This document shows positions 15,544-16,867 of a stretch of 16,867 nt of DNA, one piece after another; positions within the stretch are counted from its first letter, which is position 1; the number at the start of each line of letters is the position of its first letter. A program made the translations under genes and the position numbers. Below the pieces are notes generated by a model. That model was not told the origin of the DNA. It did not search any database and saw only the letters and a program-made list of their open reading frames with translations. Source of the DNA: Promethearchaeati archaeon (lineage in GTDB: Archaea; Asgardarchaeota; Heimdallarchaeia; JABLTI01); NCBI GenBank assembly GCA_013166835.1, contig JABLTI010000059.1, positions 1 to 16,867 of the forward strand, read 5' to 3'.

Positions 15544-16867
15544 TCCATATTCAAAATTTTGTGTGTTGTTTCATTGGTATCCACATTATATACAACGATT
15601 TCTGTAACACCGCTTTCTGTATTCGCTGCAAAACCAATTTTTTCTATTGCATCGATTTCAAGTGTATTAAAATCAAAAGTAAAGCTCCATTCATTTTTAC
15701 CTTGGAAATCAAGATTCTCCCAAAAATACTGATTTGTTTTTGTTTTAATAGCAAAGAAAGGTTGTGGACCGAATATTTTGTTCTTTGATGAGATTTTAAA
15801 CACAGAAGTATTGTTTCTTTTCTCCAATTGAACTTTGAAATCAGGTTTGATAAGCTTCTTTATTCCAAGAACACCTCTCATGGCTTCTATTGCATTACAA
15901 AACTTATATTTTACATCAGGATATTCTTCTGAAACTTTCTTTATCATTTTTCTTATTTTATTTATCTCAGATTTCATATCTCTGAAATCATGATTTGCGA
16001 AAGAAATTAAAGTATTTTTTCCAGAGGATTTCACCCTATTGAAACCATCTCGAAAATCATCAATTGATATTTCTCTAAGTCGAGCATGCATGTTCAAGCA
16101 TCTAGCTATCCATCGTCTACAATTTCCTTCCTTCTGATAATCATCATGATCTGGATGATAAACCGTCCATTCAACTGGAGCTCTTCTCCAATCACCAAAT
16201 CGACCATCAGCTAAATCTGGTTGATCAGTTGGTTTCCCTTTTACAGCTTGATTTGCGTAATCAAATGGTATCCATTGTTCTAGAAACCAATTTGAATCAG
16301 GTCTTTCAGTGTGAAATCCAGGTCTATAAGCAGATGGAAACCACATTCTTTCAATAATTTTTCTTGCTAATATTTCAAAAGGCATTGATGAACTTACATA
16401 AGCTGTACCAGAGCGATGTGCATCCTTTATAAAAGATAATGGGTGAAAGTGCCACTGGATCATATCTTGAGTAATATTGTGTAATTTGTTATACAACCAA
16501 TAGTGATCAGAAACATTGTGATGACCTAAATCTCTTCTCCGAGGATTTATTCCTGTAAAACCTACATGATCTAAGCAGAACCAGTTAAATATCCATCCAC
16601 CACCAAAGGAATCTTGTAATTCATCTCTGAATTTCACTGATGTGATTTCATCTAGCATTTCATCAATTTTATCCCAACTATCTTTGTAATTCAATCTAGT
16701 TGAAGAAACAAGATTTGCTATAGCGTCTTCTTTGCCGGAAAGCGGGATTGCTTTTTTTTGCAATTTTTTTAGATTATCGAATGATGGTTCTATTTTAACT
16801 CCAAAAGCACTATTTATTCTTTCAAAAGTTGCTTCTAGTGATTCGTATAGAGGTCCTTCTGTATCAA
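15540..16867 (-). CDS. 5'-truncated protein with CE4/NodB-like (WalW/WbmS-type) deacetylase motifs and a beta-rich C-terminal domain
   Basis: The frame stays open to the window edge and adds DTEGPLYESLEATFERINSAFGVKIEPSFDNLKKL before the track's TTG. Ordered motifs are DTE, IQWHFHP, PSAYRPG and ISFANHD. The CDS is secure; the function is inferred. Confidence 0.7.
   Translation of the reverse strand, partial: DTEGPLYESLEATFERINSAFGVKIEPSFDNLKKLQKKAIPLSGKEDAIANLVSSTRLNYKDSWDKIDEMLDEITSVKFRDELQDSFGGGWIFNWFCLDHVGFTGINPRRRDLGHHNVSDHYWLYNKLHNITQDMIQWHFHPLSFIKDAHRSGTAYVSSSMPFEILARKIIERMWFPSAYRPGFHTERPDSNWFLEQWIPFDYANQAVKGKPTDQPDLADGRFGDWRRAPVEWTVYHPDHDDYQKEGNCRRWIARCLNMHARLREISIDDFRDGFNRVKSSGKNTLISFANHDFRDMKSEINKIRKMIKKVSEEYPDVKYKFCNAIEAMRGVLGIKKLIKPDFKVQLEKRNNTSVFKISSKNKIFGPQPFFAIKTKTNQYFWENLDFQGKNEWSFTFDFNTLEIDAIEKIGFAANTESGVTEIVVYNVDTNETTHKILNMD

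Noticed and set aside
14708-15788. Plus-strand ORFs 14708-15058, 15141-15347 and 15561-15788
   Set aside because: Antisense shadows of the sulfotransferase and deacetylase-like genes.

Overview
AT-rich window that is probably archaeal. This is inferred from the archaeal-type ksgA-hemK2 pair, recurring TTTAAATA TATA boxes and GGAGG/GGTGA ribosome-binding sites; Asgard affinity is plausible but not provable from sequence alone. The left half holds the 3' part of a membrane-anchored DxDxDG (TSP3-like) Ca2+-binding repeat surface protein, an ArsR-type regulator, a compact SIRT6/7-like (class IV-type) sirtuin, a Cof-type HAD phosphatase, two unknown tail-anchored membrane proteins (one a 55-aa ORF missing from the ORF track), HemK2, RsmA/KsgA and a long-chain acyl-CoA ligase. 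The right half is a surface-glycan locus: GT2, UDP-HexNAc 6-dehydrogenase, a coupled PIG-L deacetylase / ATP-grasp / MDP1-like HAD operon, GT4, and a cryptic CE4-like deacetylase coupled to a PAPS sulfotransferase. The best candidates for new biology are (i) the deacetylase-sulfotransferase pair, resembling a split NDST in a pathway to a sulfated uronate glycan, (ii) the eukaryote-like class IV sirtuin, and (iii) the tandem tail-anchored proteins. No tRNA, rRNA, CRISPR array or mobile element was seen.
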